A stretch of 64,000 nucleotides of DNA, from the IMG/VR virus record IMGVR_UViG_3300035422_000096, positions 26,446 to 90,445 of that record. One strand, 5' to 3'. This DNA is from a virus (lineage: Duplodnaviria; Caudoviricetes). This document shows positions 63,279 through 64,000 of the stretch, piece by piece (position 1 is the first letter of the stretch; every line of letters begins with the position of its first letter). The position numbers and the translations under genes are program-made. The notes beneath the pieces were generated by a model, which did not search any database, was not told the DNA's origin, and was given only the letters and a program-made list of their open reading frames with translations.

Positions 63279-64000
63279 ATATTAAAAGAATGTAAAGGGA
63301 ACTACAAGATTTATGCACATATCAATAAAATAAATGGAAAAGTTTATATAGGTCAAACACAACAAAAACTGAAAGAACGATTTGGGTACAATGGATCATA
63401 TTACAAGCATTCAAGTCATTTTTGGAATGCAATACAAAAATATGGTTGGGATAATTTTAAACATATAACATTAATAAGCGGCTTATCGCTTGAATTAGCA
63501 AATATTATTGAAGAAGAACTGATTAGAAAATATAATACGATGAATAATAAAATTGGTTATAACATGATTGCAGGTGGTAACAATCGGAAAAGAAGACAAG
63601 AAATAACAGATAGAATTGCAGAGAAGAATAGACATCCTTCTCCAGAAACACTGCGGAAAATGTCAATTGCGTCTACTGGAAGAAAACATTCTCCAGATGT
63701 AATAGAAAAGATTAGAAAAAGCAATACAGGGAAGATACGAAGTAAAGAAGCAAGAAGAAAAATGAGTATTGCAAAACAAAATATGTCAGAAGAAACAAAA
63801 AAGAAAATAAGTGAAGCTGGTAAGGGTAGAAAGCCTTCGCAAAAGTGTATAGAATTAGCAAGAGAAAGGTTTAAAGGAAATAGATTTAGAGCAAAACGTA
63901 TTATACAATACGATTTAGATGGTAAATATATTAGAACTTGGGAATGTGCAATGGATGTAGAGAAGAAAATGGGAATTAATCATGGTAATATAGGAAAATG
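63279..64000 (+). CDS. GIY-YIG endonuclease with NUMOD3/NUMOD1 repeats, 3'-truncated by the window; apparent ATA start
   Basis: YKIYAHINKINGKVYIGQT..ERF..GYNMIAGG..HSPDVIEKIRK..MSEETKKKISEA; AAAGGTGGAG 7 nt before ATA; not in the ORF track. Confidence 0.85.
   Translation, partial: MLKECKGNYKIYAHINKINGKVYIGQTQQKLKERFGYNGSYYKHSSHFWNAIQKYGWDNFKHITLISGLSLELANIIEEELIRKYNTMNNKIGYNMIAGGNNRKRRQEITDRIAEKNRHPSPETLRKMSIASTGRKHSPDVIEKIRKSNTGKIRSKEARRKMSIAKQNMSEETKKKISEAGKGRKPSQKCIELARERFKGNRFRAKRIIQYDLDGKYIRTWECAMDVEKKMGINHGNIGK

Larger units (their letters stand above)
1..64000. mobile_element. Segment of a large SPbeta-like temperate siphophage/prophage (Firmicutes host)
   Basis: Terminase-portal-protease-capsid-head/tail-tube module, single-subunit RNAP with DxDGD, HU, YonJ/YonK-like pair, antirepressors, tRNAs and a short-gene early region; order parallels SPbeta yonO-yonN-yonK/J-yonF-E-D-B. 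Confidence 0.9.

Noticed and set aside
1-64000. CRISPR array or cas genes
   Set aside because: No regularly spaced repeat-spacer run found; the 38641-38780 repeats are irregularly spaced and AT-rich, and the 16-bp palindromes are separated by whole genes
1-64000. Stop-codon reassignment
   Set aside because: Long genes are intact under the standard code, TAG is used as a normal stop and no suppressor tRNA was seen
63068-64000. Group I intron hosting the GIY-YIG endonuclease
   Set aside because: No interrupted exon upstream and no P7 (R/S) elements seen before the ORF; 3' side is outside the window, so not fully excluded

Overview
The whole window reads as one segment of a large, AT-rich, SPbeta-like temperate phage or prophage of a Firmicutes host, probably Clostridia/Lachnospiraceae (inference). 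No host housekeeping operon, attachment site or CRISPR array is visible. Left arm (1-37.8 kb, almost all minus strand): tail tube, head-tail, capsid, protease/scaffold, portal and terminase genes; a tyrosine recombinase; HU proteins; a metallophosphoesterase; a YonO-like single-subunit RNA polymerase; a Zn deaminase; and three antirepressors. Accessory items in this arm are a solo TnpB with a rearranged RuvC site, two EDxHD-type endonucleases, a complete Fst-type type I toxin-antitoxin locus missed by the ORF track, four tRNAs plus a degenerate one, a ~415-nt structured RNA (ROOL-like candidate) and the 5' end of a cysteine desulfurase. Centre (37.8-39.3 kb): a strand switch with iteron-like repeats and a divergent promoter pair with shared operators. 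Right arm (39.3-64 kb, plus strand): an early region of short genes and type II TA modules driven by consensus sigma-A promoters. The most striking content is non-coding: a hammerhead ribozyme, a twister ribozyme, a tRNA-like minihelix, a ~1.1-kb ORF-free hairpin-dense RNA behind a perfect promoter, and a 16-bp palindrome (TRAAA-N6-TTTYA-like) recurring at gene junctions and next to the recombinase gene. Protein family names come from motif recognition only; no database search was run.
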